Positions 1 through 8,099 of a DNA stretch of 32,000 bases are shown here, one piece after another. Position 1 is the first letter of the stretch. Each line of letters opens with the position of its first letter. Both the position numbers and the translations under genes were made by a program. The stretch comes from Alkalilimnicola ehrlichii MLHE-1 (GTDB lineage Bacteria; Pseudomonadota; Gammaproteobacteria; Nitrococcales; Halorhodospiraceae), in contig NC_008340.1 in NCBI RefSeq assembly GCF_000014785.1, positions 2,430,001 through 2,462,000 of the forward strand, given 5' to 3'. Below the pieces are notes generated by a model. The model had not been told where the DNA came from, ran no database searches, and worked only from the letters and a program-made list of their open reading frames with translations.

Positions 1-1
1 C

Positions 2-367
2 GAGGTGCCCCAGCTCTGGCACCAGTTGCTCCGGCTCTCCGGGGAGGCCGTCTACCAGCACAAGCGCAGCCGTCTGGCCATGAGCCAAACGCTGGCCGAG
101 GCCCGGCTCGCCCACGCCCTGCTGGACCTGGCACACCGGATGGCCCGGCGCGGCATGTCCGCCCAGACCCTCGATCTGCCCATGCCGCGCCAGGAGCTGG
201 GCAATCAACTCGGCCTGGCGCCCAATACCACCAGCCGGGCCTTCCGTTTCCTGAAAGAGCAGGGCTGGCTGGAGGCGGACGGCCGCCAGATCACCCTGCT
301 GGACCCCGAGGCCCTGGCCAAGCTGGCGAACTGGTCGGAGCCTACGCCGACGGCTCGCTCGGCCTGA
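2..367 (+). CDS. Crp/Fnr-family transcriptional regulator, C-terminal part (5' end lies outside the window)
   Basis: The frame is open from the window edge; the track ORF 5..367 merely begins at an internal GTG. The C-terminal winged-HTH pattern is typical of Crp/Fnr proteins: ...AEARLAHALLDLAHR...LPMPRQELGNQLGLAPNTTSRAFRFLKEQGWL... Confidence 0.75.
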   Translation, partial: EVPQLWHQLLRLSGEAVYQHKRSRLAMSQTLAEARLAHALLDLAHRMARRGMSAQTLDLPMPRQELGNQLGLAPNTTSRAFRFLKEQGWLEADGRQITLLDPEALAKLANWSEPTPTARSA

Positions 368-815
368 AGCGGCGCTCGCCCTCCGCCACCAGCCCCGCCA
401 GTCGCAGCAGCGGTCGCCGGAAACGGGGGGGCAACGCCTCGGGATCGAGCTGGTCCAGGGCGTTCTTCGCCATCAGGCCCAGCTCGGTATCACCCTGAAT
501 ACTCAGCCGCCGCTGGAAGAAGAGCGTATCCGGGTCGGCGCACTCGCCGGCCATCAGCAGGAAGGCCCCGAGGTCGCCGCGGATGGAGGCCTCCGGCTCG
601 CACCCGTGGGCCGCCACCAGCCGCCCGTCCCGCCAGCTCAACGGCAGGGCCAGGCCCCAGTCCCTCAGCCGCACCTCCAGGCAGCGCGCCTCCAGGAAGT
701 CGAACACCCCATCCGCCAGGGGGTCGGCCAGTGCCTGGTTGATCAGCCCTACAAGCACCCGGTCCAGGCGCCGCTTGAGGAATCGTGCCCCGGGGGGCGT
801 TGGCAGATGCGTCAT
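342..815 (-). CDS. ubiT: SCP2-domain ubiquinone biosynthesis accessory factor UbiT (YhbT-like)
   Basis: I chose the start at MTHLPTPPGARFLKRRL (ATG 815-813), which forms an ATGA overlap with the stop of the upstream U32 gene (812-814). The SCP2-like lipid-carrier pattern is present (...CADPDTLFFQRRLSIQGDTELGLMAKNALDQL...). The gene sits directly downstream of ubiU-ubiV. Confidence 0.7.
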   Translation of the reverse strand: MTHLPTPPGARFLKRRLDRVLVGLINQALADPLADGVFDFLEARCLEVRLRDWGLALPLSWRDGRLVAAHGCEPEASIRGDLGAFLLMAGECADPDTLFFQRRLSIQGDTELGLMAKNALDQLDPEALPPRFRRPLLRLAGLVAEGERRFRPSEPSA

Positions 816-1729
816 ACCTGTTCCTCCTGCTCTTGTGCCTGGCGAGCCAGCCGTGCCATGCCAGCCTCGCCGAACCAGTAGCCATCGCAACAGGCCGCCG
901 GGTCCAGTCCCGGGATCAGGGCCGGCGCCGGCCGGCCCGCGGCGACCGCCGCGTAGGCGTGCACTACCGCGGCCATATCCTCGCCCCAGGGACTCAGACG
1001 GATGGCGGTGGCCCCCGCGTCGCGGACGGAGTCCAGGGCGTCCAGCAGGTGCAGCCAGCGGCCGGACTGCAGTTGGATGCCGTTGATACGCAGGAACTCA
1101 TCGCCGTCCCGGGTGGCCATGGGCAGGCCGCTGGGGTGTTCCAGGCAGCGAAAGCCGCATTGATCCTTGGGCCGGTCCACCGCCCGGGCGGTAAAGCACC
1201 GCGCCGACCAGGCCAGCGGTAGCGGGCCGAAGACCTGAACCTCGACCTCCAGGCCCTCGGCCGCCTGCCCCAGTCCGTCAACATTGTCGCGGACCATCTC
1301 CTCCGGCATCTCCACCGGGGGCACCCAGACCCGCATCCCCGCCGATTGCAGCACTGCCAGGGTGCGGGGGTTGTAGACATTCAGGGTGGGCCCGGCGACG
1401 AAGGCGGCACCCGCCTCCCGCGCCAACTGCACCGCCCCCATGTCGTTGGCCTCCACCCGGAATTCGCCGTTCTCGCACAGGCGCCGGACCACGCCCATCT
1501 CCGAACGCGCCTCCACCAGCGCCAGGCTGGAGAGCACCACCGCCTTACCGGCCTGGCGCAGCTCCCGGCCCAAGCCGATCCAGTCATCCAGGCTGAAGGC
1601 GCGGCGCTTGCTGCACACCGTCTCCCCCAGATAAACGGTATCCACCGGCCAGTCGGCCACCGACTGGTAGAAGGCGCTCAGGCGCTCGGCCGGCCAGTAA
1701 TAGGGCACCGGCCCCAGGGTCACTTGCAT
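812..1729 (-). CDS. ubiV: U32-family O2-independent ubiquinone hydroxylase subunit UbiV (YhbV-like)
   Basis: MQVTLGPVPYYWPAERLSAFYQ...VYLGETVCSKRRA matches the recalled E. coli UbiV N-terminus (MKYSLGPVLWYWP...LGEAVCSKRRA). Fe-S ligand cysteines are present (ETVCS, SARCF, DQCGFRC). A GGGAG Shine-Dalgarno sequence lies 9 nt upstream of ATG 1729. An alternative upstream ATG at 1750 would make an ATGA overlap with the ubiU stop. Confidence 0.85.
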   Translation of the reverse strand: MQVTLGPVPYYWPAERLSAFYQSVADWPVDTVYLGETVCSKRRAFSLDDWIGLGRELRQAGKAVVLSSLALVEARSEMGVVRRLCENGEFRVEANDMGAVQLAREAGAAFVAGPTLNVYNPRTLAVLQSAGMRVWVPPVEMPEEMVRDNVDGLGQAAEGLEVEVQVFGPLPLAWSARCFTARAVDRPKDQCGFRCLEHPSGLPMATRDGDEFLRINGIQLQSGRWLHLLDALDSVRDAGATAIRLSPWGEDMAAVVHAYAAVAAGRPAPALIPGLDPAACCDGYWFGEAGMARLARQAQEQEEQV

Positions 1730-1746
1730 GGGCATTCGCTCCCGCA

Positions 1747-2742
1747 TCATTGCCAGCTCCGGTGATAGGCGCCGAGGGTGGTCTGGGCCCCTTCCGACAG
1801 CTCCGCCAGGGTGCTCATCCAGTCCTCGCGCGGGCGAAAGCCGTTCCGGTCGGCCTGGCAGGCGTCGATCGCCTGGCGCCAGATCCGCGCCACCTGGGCC
1901 ACGTAGGCGGGACTGCGCTGGCGGCCCTCAATCTTCACCGCGCTGATGCCGGCGGCCATCAGCTCCGGCAGCAGGCCGAGGGTGTTGAGGCTGGTGGGCG
2001 CCTCCAGCACATGCCCGATCCGGTCGTCCACCCGGAACCGCCCCTTGCAGACCACGGGGTAACCCGCCTGCTCATCGTCCTGGAAGCGGTCGATGAGCAC
2101 GCCGTTGAGCCGCGACTCCAGACCGCGGGGGGTCTCCTGCCAGCGCACGGCGCTGGCAGGGGAACAGGCCCCGGAGCGGTTCGGCGAGCACCCGGTCACG
2201 TAGGAGGAGAGCAGGCAGCGCCCCTCGACCATGACGCAGAGGGAGCCGAAGGCAAACACCTCCAGCTCCACGTCGGTGCTCTCGGCCAGGGCCTGCACCT
2301 GGGCCATGGACAGCACCCGCGGCAGCACCGCCCGCCGGATGCCGAAGTAATCCTGATAGAAGCGCAGGGCCTCGGCGCTAGTCGCCGACCCCTGCACCGA
2401 GAGGTGGAGCGCCAGCCCCGGGTGGCGCCGGGCGGCGTAGTCCAGCACACCCAGGTCGGCGGCAATCAGCGCGTCCGCCCCCAGGTCGGCGGCCTGATCC
2501 ACGGCCCGCTGCCAGCGGGTCCAGCCCCGGGGCTGGGCATAGGTGTTCACCGCCAGCAACACCCGCGCACCCTTGTCCCGGGCGTAGCGCAGGCCCTGCT
2601 GCATCTGCTGATCGGTAAAGTTTAGTCCGGGGAAATGGCGGGCATTGGTGTCATCGCGCAGCCCCATGTAGACCGCATCGGCCCCGTTGTCGATGGCCTT
2701 GCGCAACCCCACCAGACTTCCCGCCGGGCACAACAGCTCCAT
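1747..2742 (-). CDS. ubiU: U32-family O2-independent ubiquinone hydroxylase subunit UbiU (YhbU-like)
   Basis: MELLCPAGSLVGLRKAIDNGADAVYMGLRDDTNARHFPGLNFT follows the recalled E. coli UbiU N-terminus closely. A Cys cluster is present (GSLCVMVEGRCLLSSYVTGCSPNRSGAC). AGGAG lies 5 nt upstream of ATG 2742. The track ORF begins 15 nt further upstream. Confidence 0.88.
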   Translation of the reverse strand: MELLCPAGSLVGLRKAIDNGADAVYMGLRDDTNARHFPGLNFTDQQMQQGLRYARDKGARVLLAVNTYAQPRGWTRWQRAVDQAADLGADALIAADLGVLDYAARRHPGLALHLSVQGSATSAEALRFYQDYFGIRRAVLPRVLSMAQVQALAESTDVELEVFAFGSLCVMVEGRCLLSSYVTGCSPNRSGACSPASAVRWQETPRGLESRLNGVLIDRFQDDEQAGYPVVCKGRFRVDDRIGHVLEAPTSLNTLGLLPELMAAGISAVKIEGRQRSPAYVAQVARIWRQAIDACQADRNGFRPREDWMSTLAELSEGAQTTLGAYHRSWQ

Positions 2743-2813
2743 AGCCTCTCCTCGCATTGGCCTCCGCCACCGGCCGAGCGCCGATATGGTCTATTAAGGA
2801 AGCGCTGAATCAA

Positions 2814-3228
2814 CCGTCATCGCGAGCCCCACCCCCCGCTGCGCGGGCCCGAATCAACGAGGAACGGGGCACCCCTGTCATCGCCAGGGCCGAAGGCCTC
2901 CTCCCCGTCATCGCGAGGGCCGAAGGCCCGTGGCGATCCATAGCGGTAGACTGCCACGTCGCTTCGCTCCTCGCAGTGACGGTGGGGCGGCCTGGCCCTT
3001 CCTGCGCAGTCCAGTTCTTCAAGAGGGCCGAGGGCTTCACCCCGTCATCGCGAGGGCCAGAGCCTCCACCCCGTCATTGCGAGGCCCCCCGTCATGGCGA
3101 GGAGCCCCCGCCCCGTCATTGCGAGGAGCGAAGCGACGAAGCAATCCATGTCCCGCCAGTTGCCGTACCCTATGGATTGCTTCGCTTCGCTCGCAATGAC
3201 GGAGAAGGGACCTTCCCGCAATGACGGA
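2814..3228. repeat. REP/BIME-like mosaic of palindromic intergenic repeats (cluster A)
   Basis: There are at least 7 direct copies of a CCGTCATYGCGAGG core (starts near 2814, 2875, 2905, 3042, 3071, 3089, 3113) and 2 inverted copies (near 3190-3200 and 3217-3228). An 85-nt unit at 2903-2987 recurs twice, inverted, in cluster B. An imperfect long palindrome lies at 3115-3149 / 3172-3200. The cluster sits between divergent genes, and every ORF crossing it reads like translated repeat. Confidence 0.85.
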
Positions 3229-3388
3229 GACGGTGCTCCCGGCAGCGACCCTGCAGGAACTCCCGCCCGCGCCGGCGGCCGGTGTCTTCGGCGTTTCCTT
3301 ATCCGGCTAAGCATGCCTCGCCGACACCCCCCAGGGATTGATCGATGGCAAGATTTCCCACACCTCTACTTAGGGATTAGCCGCCGGT

Positions 3389-3416
3389 TTGACCCCTTGG
3401 ATAAACGGCGTAAATT
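3389..3416 (+). promoter_or_regulatory. Candidate sigma70-type promoter for the alcohol dehydrogenase gene
   Basis: TTGACC (3389-3394), a 16-nt spacer, then TAAATT (3411-3416), ending 47 nt upstream of ATG 3464. This is a motif match only. Confidence 0.3.
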
Positions 3417-3463
3417 GGGAGTCAGAGCGGTTCACCCAACACCCAACGGGTCGGGAGGTCATC

Positions 3464-4519
3464 ATGAGCACGATGCAGGCAGCGGTCTTCGTCGAGCCTG
3501 GCCGCATCGAGGTCCAGGAAAAACCCATACCGGAGATCGGGCCCACCGACGCCCTGCTCCGGGTCACTACCACCACCATCTGCGGCACCGATGTCCACAT
3601 CCTCAAGGGCGAGTATCCGGTGGAACCGGGTCGGATCGTCGGTCATGAGCCGGTGGGGGTGATCGAGAAGCTGGGCGAGGCGGTGACCGGTTATGAGCCC
3701 GGTCAGCGGGTGATCGCCGGGGCCATCACCCCCTGCGGCCAATGCCACGCCTGCCAGGACGGGGTCTCCAGCCAGTGCGGCGGCAAGGCCATGGGCGGCT
3801 GGCAGTTGGGCAACACCATCGACGGCTGCCAGGCGGAGTACGTCCGCATCCCCAACGCCCAGGCCAACCTGACCCCGGTGCCGGACGAGCTGACCGACGA
3901 GCAGGTGCTGATGTGCCCGGACATCATGAGCACCGGGTTCGGCGGTGCGGAAAACGGCCATATCCGGATCGGCGACACCGTGGCCATCTTCGCCCAGGGG
4001 CCGATCGGGCTGTGCGCCACCGCCGGCGCCAAGCTGATGGGGGCCACCCGGATCATCGTGGTGGACGGGGTCCCCGAGCGGCTGGAGACCGCCCGCAAGC
4101 TGGGCGCCGACGTTGGCGTCAACTTCCGCGAGCAGGATCCGGTCGAGGCCATCATGGAACTGACCGGGGGACGCGGCGTGGATGTCGCAATCGAGGCCCT
4201 GGGGCTTCAGGAGACCTTCGAGGCCTGCCTGCGGGTGCTCAAACCCGGCGGCACCCTGTCCAGCCTGGGGGTCTACTCCGGAAAACTCTCCATGCCGCTG
4301 GACGCCATTGCCGCTGGCTTGGGCGATCACACCATCGTGACCACCCTCTGCCCCGGCGGCAAGGAGCGCATGCGCCGGCTGATGGAGGTGGTGGCCGCCG
4401 GCCGGGTGGACCTGACCGCCATGGTGACCCACCGCTACACGCTGGACCAGATCGTCGAGGCCTACGACCTTTTCTCGCACCAGCGCGACGGCGTGCTGAA
4501 GGTGGCGATCACCCCATGA
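3464..4519 (+). CDS. Zinc-dependent alcohol dehydrogenase (MDR superfamily, about 351 aa)
   Basis: GGGAGG lies 5 nt upstream of ATG 3464. Motifs present: the catalytic Zn site region (TTTTICGTDVHILKGEYP...GHEPVG), the structural-Zn Cys cluster (CGQCHACQDGVSSQC) and the Rossmann GxGxxG (FAQGPIGLCA). The track ORF start at 3389 is a TTG inside the putative promoter. Confidence 0.88.
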   Translation: MSTMQAAVFVEPGRIEVQEKPIPEIGPTDALLRVTTTTICGTDVHILKGEYPVEPGRIVGHEPVGVIEKLGEAVTGYEPGQRVIAGAITPCGQCHACQDGVSSQCGGKAMGGWQLGNTIDGCQAEYVRIPNAQANLTPVPDELTDEQVLMCPDIMSTGFGGAENGHIRIGDTVAIFAQGPIGLCATAGAKLMGATRIIVVDGVPERLETARKLGADVGVNFREQDPVEAIMELTGGRGVDVAIEALGLQETFEACLRVLKPGGTLSSLGVYSGKLSMPLDAIAAGLGDHTIVTTLCPGGKERMRRLMEVVAAGRVDLTAMVTHRYTLDQIVEAYDLFSHQRDGVLKVAITP

Positions 4520-4902
4520 GTGAGCACTATCCCGACCCCCGTGCCCGGCAGCAACCGCCGGGCGCGGGCCAGAGCGACAGCGGCCGGCAGCTGGTGCTGG
4601 TGATCTACATCCTTTACCTGGTCGGCCTGTTCGTCATGCTGACCGCCATCGCCGGCCTGATCCTCGCCTACATCAAGCGGTGCGATGCCGATCCGGTCTC
4701 CGCCAGCCACTACCGCTACCAGATCCGCACCTTCTGGATCGGGCTGCTCTACTTCGTGGTGGGCATGATCACCACCCCGATCGGGATTGGCTTTCTCGTG
4801 CTGGTGCTGACGCTGCTGTGGTTTCTCACCCGCTGCATCAAGGGGCTGGTGCTGAACTCCGAGCGCCGGGCCATCGCCGAGCCGACCACCTGGCTCTGGT
4901 GA
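4516..4902 (+). CDS. Small integral membrane protein (3 predicted TM helices; DUF4870/COG3671-like)
   Basis: ATG 4516 overlaps the ADH stop (ATGA). There are three hydrophobic helices and the motif SHYRYQIRTFWIG, which I associate with this uncharacterised membrane family. Only the last 128 codons of track ORF 3742..4902 look real; the upstream part is an R/P/G-rich shadow of the ADH gene. Confidence 0.6.
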   Translation: MSEHYPDPRARQQPPGAGQSDSGRQLVLVIYILYLVGLFVMLTAIAGLILAYIKRCDADPVSASHYRYQIRTFWIGLLYFVVGMITTPIGIGFLVLVLTLLWFLTRCIKGLVLNSERRAIAEPTTWLW

Positions 4903-4923
4903 CCAACGGCGGCCGGTGGGCCC

Positions 4924-5655
4924 TCAGTGGCCCACGTGGCCGATGAACTCCTGGAAGCGGGTGGAGGGCGGCGCCCGGAGCAACGCCCGGGCCGGGCCGT
5001 CATGGACGATGCGGCCCTCGTCCATAAACAGCAGGCGGCTGGCGGCCTCCTCGGCAAAACGCATCTCGTGGGTGACGATGACCATGGTGGTGCCCTCGTC
5101 GGCTAGGTCCTGCATCACCTTCAGCACCTCCCCGCGCAGTTCCGGATCCAGCGCCGAGGTGGGCTCGTCAAAGAGCATCACCTTGGGGTTCACCGCCAGC
5201 GCCCGGGCGATGGCCACCCGCTGCTGCTGCCCCCCGGAGAGCTCGGCGGGGTAGTGGTCGGCCCGATCCGCCAGCCCCACCCGATCCAGCAGGCGGTCGG
5301 CGAGGGCACGGGCCTCCCGGCGCGACAGCCCTTTCACCTTGCGTGGCCCGAGCATCACGTTCTCCCGCGCGGTCATGTGCGGAAAGAGGTTGAACTGCTG
5401 AAAGACCATACCGGTCTGCCGGCGCAGGTCCCGACGGCGCACCCCGGGCGCACCCAGCCGCCGCCCATCGATGGCCAACTCCCCGGTACTGGGCAGCTCC
5501 AGCACGCTCAGGCAACGCAGCAGGGTGCTCTTGCCGGAACCCGACGGGCCGACCAGCACCACCACCTCCCCCGCCTCCACGGTGAGGTCGATATCCTGCA
5601 ACACCAGGGTGTCACCGAAGCGCTTACCGAGTTTTCGGCATTTGATCAGGCTCAC
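4924..5655 (-). CDS. Polar amino-acid ABC transporter ATP-binding protein (GlnQ/ArtP-like)
   Basis: Walker A GPSGSGKST, Q-loop, signature LSGGQQQRVAIARAL, Walker B MLFDEPTSALD, H-loop VTHEM. The GTG start overlaps the permease stop (GTGA). Confidence 0.9.
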   Translation of the reverse strand: MSLIKCRKLGKRFGDTLVLQDIDLTVEAGEVVVLVGPSGSGKSTLLRCLSVLELPSTGELAIDGRRLGAPGVRRRDLRRQTGMVFQQFNLFPHMTARENVMLGPRKVKGLSRREARALADRLLDRVGLADRADHYPAELSGGQQQRVAIARALAVNPKVMLFDEPTSALDPELRGEVLKVMQDLADEGTTMVIVTHEMRFAEEAASRLLFMDEGRIVHDGPARALLRAPPSTRFQEFIGHVGH

Positions 5656-6308
5656 AGGATGCGCATCCTCTGCTCAATGGCGCGCATGATCATCGCCAGG
5701 GTAAAGGTCATGATCAGATAGAACACCGCCACCGCGGTCCAGATCTCCAGCGCCCGCCCGGTCTGGGCGGTGAGCTGCTCCCCGCGCTGGGCCAGCTCCG
5801 CCACCCCGATCACCAGGAACAGGGCGGAGTCCTTCAGGCTGATGATGAACTGGTTGCCCAACGGCGGGATGCTGCGCCGGAACGCCAGCGGCCCGACGAT
5901 GTGGAGCATCACCTGCGGATAGGACAACCCCAGCGCCAACCCGGCGTCGGTCTGACCCTTGTCGATGGAGAGCACCGCACCGCAGACGATCTCGGTGATA
6001 TAGGCCCCGGCGTTCATGGCCAGACAGATGGAGGCGGCGGCGAAGCCGGTGAGTACGATATCCAGGGCCATGGGCAGGGCGAAGTAGATGAACATCGCCT
6101 GGACCACGATGGGGGTGCCGCGGATGACGGAGACGTAGGCGAAGACGATCCAGTTGATGACCGGGATGCGGAAGGCGAGGATCAGCCCGCAGAGGGTGCC
6201 GAGGAGCAGGCCGCCGCCAATGCCCAGCAGGGTGATGTAGGCGGTGAGCTGCGCGCCGGCCAGCATCTGCGGCATGGCGTCGATGACCACATCCCAGCGA
6301 AACTCCAT
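5652..6308 (-). CDS. Polar amino-acid ABC transporter permease (HisM/GlnP family)
   Basis: The protein is multi-TM. It carries the typical N-terminal pattern (...MLAGAQLTAYITLLGIGGGLLLG) and the EAA-like loop (IDKGQTDAGLALGLSYPQVMLHIVGPLAFRRSIPPLGNQFI). I prefer ATG 6308 (MEFRWD...) to the track's GTG 6314. Confidence 0.88.
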   Translation of the reverse strand: MEFRWDVVIDAMPQMLAGAQLTAYITLLGIGGGLLLGTLCGLILAFRIPVINWIVFAYVSVIRGTPIVVQAMFIYFALPMALDIVLTGFAAASICLAMNAGAYITEIVCGAVLSIDKGQTDAGLALGLSYPQVMLHIVGPLAFRRSIPPLGNQFIISLKDSALFLVIGVAELAQRGEQLTAQTGRALEIWTAVAVFYLIMTFTLAMIMRAIEQRMRIL

Positions 6309-6394
6309 CCACACCCCCTTGGTTCAGTCAGTCACACGGCCCCAGCGGCCGGCCCCTGACCGGACCGGCCGTCCCCCGAGATCACGAAGACAGC

Positions 6395-7138
6395 TCAGCG
6401 CGGGCTGGGGGCCTCGCCGAACCAGCGTTCGTACAGTTCAGCGTAGCGGCCATCCTCCATCATCCGCAGCAGGCCGATGTTGAAGTCGTTGCGCAGCTCG
6501 CTGTTGCGGGGGAAGGCCATGGCGTAGGACTGGGCCTCTAGGTTCTCGCCGACGGCCATCACCTCGCCGTCACCGGCGGTCTCGATATAGAACATCACGT
6601 TGGGGGTGTCGTGCAGGGCGGCGTCAACCCGGCCGGCGCGCACCTCCAGGTAGGCCTGTTCAGCGCGGGAGAAGCGGCGCAGCTGGGTGTCCGGCAGGTT
6701 GTCCGAGGCGTAGTCGTCGCTGGTGGTGCCGGTGGTCACCGCCAGGGTCTTACCGGCCAGGTCATCGATACCCCGCACCGTCTCGTTATCGCTACGCACC
6801 ATCAGCATCAGGCCGCTGTCGTAGTAGGCGTGGGAGAAATCCATGGTCTCCTCGCGCTGCGAGGTGATGGTGATGGCGGCGATGGCACCGTCCACGCGCC
6901 CGGTCTGCAGCGCGGTGATGATGCCGGAGAAATTCATCGTGTTGTATTCATAATCCCAGCCGTTCTCCTCGGCGATGGCCTCCCAGAGCTCGATCTCAAA
7001 GCCGGTCCATTCGCCGTCCTCTTCAAACATAAAAGGCACGAACCCGGAGGGGATAGCAATGGTCAGCCGATCGGCGTGGACCGGCAGCGCCAGTCCCAGC
7101 AGGACTAGGGTGAGCAAGGAAAATCGCAACCAACGCAT
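6395..7138 (-). CDS. Amino-acid ABC transporter periplasmic substrate-binding protein (family 3 SBP)
   Basis: Signal peptide MRWLRFSLLTLVLLGLALPVHA follows ATG 7138, with GGGAGG upstream. The SBP_bac_3 pattern is present (...FVPFMFEEDGEWTGFEIELWEAIAEENGW...GRVDGAIAAITITSQREE...). Confidence 0.88.
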   Translation of the reverse strand: MRWLRFSLLTLVLLGLALPVHADRLTIAIPSGFVPFMFEEDGEWTGFEIELWEAIAEENGWDYEYNTMNFSGIITALQTGRVDGAIAAITITSQREETMDFSHAYYDSGLMLMVRSDNETVRGIDDLAGKTLAVTTGTTSDDYASDNLPDTQLRRFSRAEQAYLEVRAGRVDAALHDTPNVMFYIETAGDGEVMAVGENLEAQSYAMAFPRNSELRNDFNIGLLRMMEDGRYAELYERWFGEAPSPR

Positions 7139-7255
7139 GATGCAGGCCTCCCTGTAATCGCCCGCTGACAAGGGCCGTCCTCTTGAAACTAGGCAGTCCT
7201 TCGCCCCGCGTCAAAGCCGGGGATGGCTCACCGTTCGAAAGGGGGCGGGCGCCGG

Positions 7256-7942
7256 TCAGGTTGGCCCGCCATCCGAACCATCGTCAACCTTGATCAGCCC
7301 CGGATCGTCTTCGGCGGGCCGGTTGACCCGGCGGGAGACCGGATAGGCGTACAGCCGTGCCGGGTCCAGACGCCTGACCGCTTGGCGGATCGCCCTGCGG
7401 TCACGCAGATCGGGATCCAGCCAGGCCCAACGGCACTCCGGATCCAACACCACCGGCTGACGGTGGTGAATATGGGCCAAGACAGGGGCGGCCGGCTCGG
7501 TGAGTATGGCGCAACTGCCCGGAGTACCGTCCGGGCCCGGGGTCCACAGCCCGGCAAGGAAGAGCACCGGAGCGGTCGCCCGTGGCCGTTGGGTGACGAA
7601 GTAGGGCTGCTTGCCTCCTTCCGCCTCCTGCCACTCAAACCAGCCGTCCGCTGGCACCAGGCAGCGGCGGCGCGCGAAGGCCTCACGAAAATAGGGGCTG
7701 GTGGCCGCCTTTTCCGCACGGGCGTTGATGGGCATGGGCCCTTCCCGGGCCCAGGCGGGCCGGAAGCCCCAGTGCAGCGCGGCCAGTTCCGCGCCCTTCC
7801 CGCCGTCACTCAGGAACGCCGGGATCGCGGTACCCGGGGTGATGTTGTAACGCGGGCCCCCTTCCGGGCCCACCCCCTGTAGCTCAAACCAATCCGCCGC
7901 GATCCGCTCCAGCGACGCCGAGAGGGCGAAGCGTCCACACAT
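7256..7942 (-). CDS. yedK: SOS-response-associated peptidase (SRAP/YedK/HMCES family, abasic-site DNA-protein crosslinking)
   Basis: The hallmark N-terminus MCGRFAL has the catalytic Cys2 at ATG 7942. Family motifs follow: ...RYNITPG..., ...INARAEKAATSPYFREAF...RRCLVPADGWFEW. The 62 codons upstream in the track ORF are not family-like. Confidence 0.88.
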   Translation of the reverse strand: MCGRFALSASLERIAADWFELQGVGPEGGPRYNITPGTAIPAFLSDGGKGAELAALHWGFRPAWAREGPMPINARAEKAATSPYFREAFARRRCLVPADGWFEWQEAEGGKQPYFVTQRPRATAPVLFLAGLWTPGPDGTPGSCAILTEPAAPVLAHIHHRQPVVLDPECRWAWLDPDLRDRRAIRQAVRRLDPARLYAYPVSRRVNRPAEDDPGLIKVDDGSDGGPT

Positions 7943-8099
7943 CGTCCTGTCCTGCCTCAGTGCCTCTGCAATTCGACACCAGGGTACCGCGAATTCGCCC
8001 ATCAACGCCCCGTCCCTGCCGGACTGCCCCAGCACCGCGGGCCGGCCGCTTGAGTCCCGGCGGGAAAGCCCCCAAAGTATGACCAGAGAGGGGGTGGTG

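Noticed and set aside
2800-2813. FNR/CRP-type box upstream of ubiU.
   Set aside because: Only the ATCAA half-site (2809-2813) is present. The partner half (AAGCG) does not resemble TTGAT.
2757-3648. ORFs spanning repeat cluster A: 2757..3224(+), 2810..3040(-), 2930..3199(+), 3045..3314(-), 3094..3648(+).
   Set aside because: They are translations of the palindromic repeats (VIARAEG, HCEERSDEAI, LRFARNDG and similar, repeated in several frames and on both strands). They lack SD sequences and overlap one another.
3422-4480. Long ORFs antisense to, or frame-shifted within, well-supported genes. Examples: 3422..4480(-), the first 258 codons of 3742..4902(+), 1750..2625(+), 13103..13978(-), 12811..13896(+), 25114..26307(+), 26670..27800(+), 28733..29905(+), 23121..24116(+), 23296..24219(+), 18257..19051(+).
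   Set aside because: Their translations are dominated by R/P/G/A/H runs with no recognisable motifs. Each fully overlaps a gene with strong family signatures. Such shadow ORFs are expected in GC-rich DNA, where stop codons are rare.
7947-7962. LexA (SOS) box in front of the SRAP/yedK gene: CTGT-N8-AGTG.
   Set aside because: The distal half is AGTG rather than ACAG, and the spacer is GC-rich rather than the AT-rich spacer of gammaproteobacterial SOS boxes. This is probably a chance match.
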